DNA of 64,000 nucleotides from NCBI RefSeq assembly GCF_055900595.2, contig NZ_CM148325.1; one strand, 5' to 3'. Shown piece by piece: positions 63,987 to 64,000 of this stretch (position 1 is its first letter; each line of letters starts with the position of its first letter). The notes under the pieces were generated by a model. It saw only the letters and a program-made list of their open reading frames with translations, ran no database searches and was not told where the DNA came from. The position numbers and the translations under genes were made by a program.

Positions 63987-64000
63987 GCTCAATCTCACAA

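Overview
The window is an Escherichia coli-type chromosomal segment read in reverse orientation relative to the K-12 map as I remember it (roughly the b1300-b1383 interval, puu to ydbH). Gene order here is: a large adhesin/autotransporter-like gene (partial), ydbL-ynbE-ydbH, ldhA, hslJ, ydbJ, pfo, micC, ompN, uspF, ttcA, dbpA, fnrS, zntB, dgcM, smrA, mcaS, abgRABT, ogt, fnr, uspE, ynaJ, ynaI, mppA, mpaA, ycjG, tpx, one unrecognised ORF, tyrR, ycjF-ycjX, ycjW, ompG, ycjVUTSRQPONM, pspEDCBA, pspF, puuEBCRD. CDS coordinates come from the supplied ORF track; several starts were moved to internal Met codons whose lengths match what I recall for K-12. Three sRNA genes, REP repeats, terminators and a few regulatory sites were read directly from the sequence, so their ends may be off by a few nt. 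Differences from my recollection of K-12, none checked against a database: (1) an unrecognised ~683-aa ORF sits between tpx and tyrR, and is the best candidate for something undescribed; (2) an IS200-type element splits ycjT; (3) ycjQ is frameshifted at a C7 run; (4) uspF abuts ttcA with no Rac prophage; (5) mppA and mpaA are divergent neighbours with no pgrR/ycjY between them; (6) ydbL is followed directly by the adhesin-like gene with no fea/tynA/paa cluster; (7) ycjV is full length. A 57-codon proline-rich ORF with a strong Shine-Dalgarno lies between fnrS and dbpA. No rRNA, tRNA or CRISPR array was recognised.
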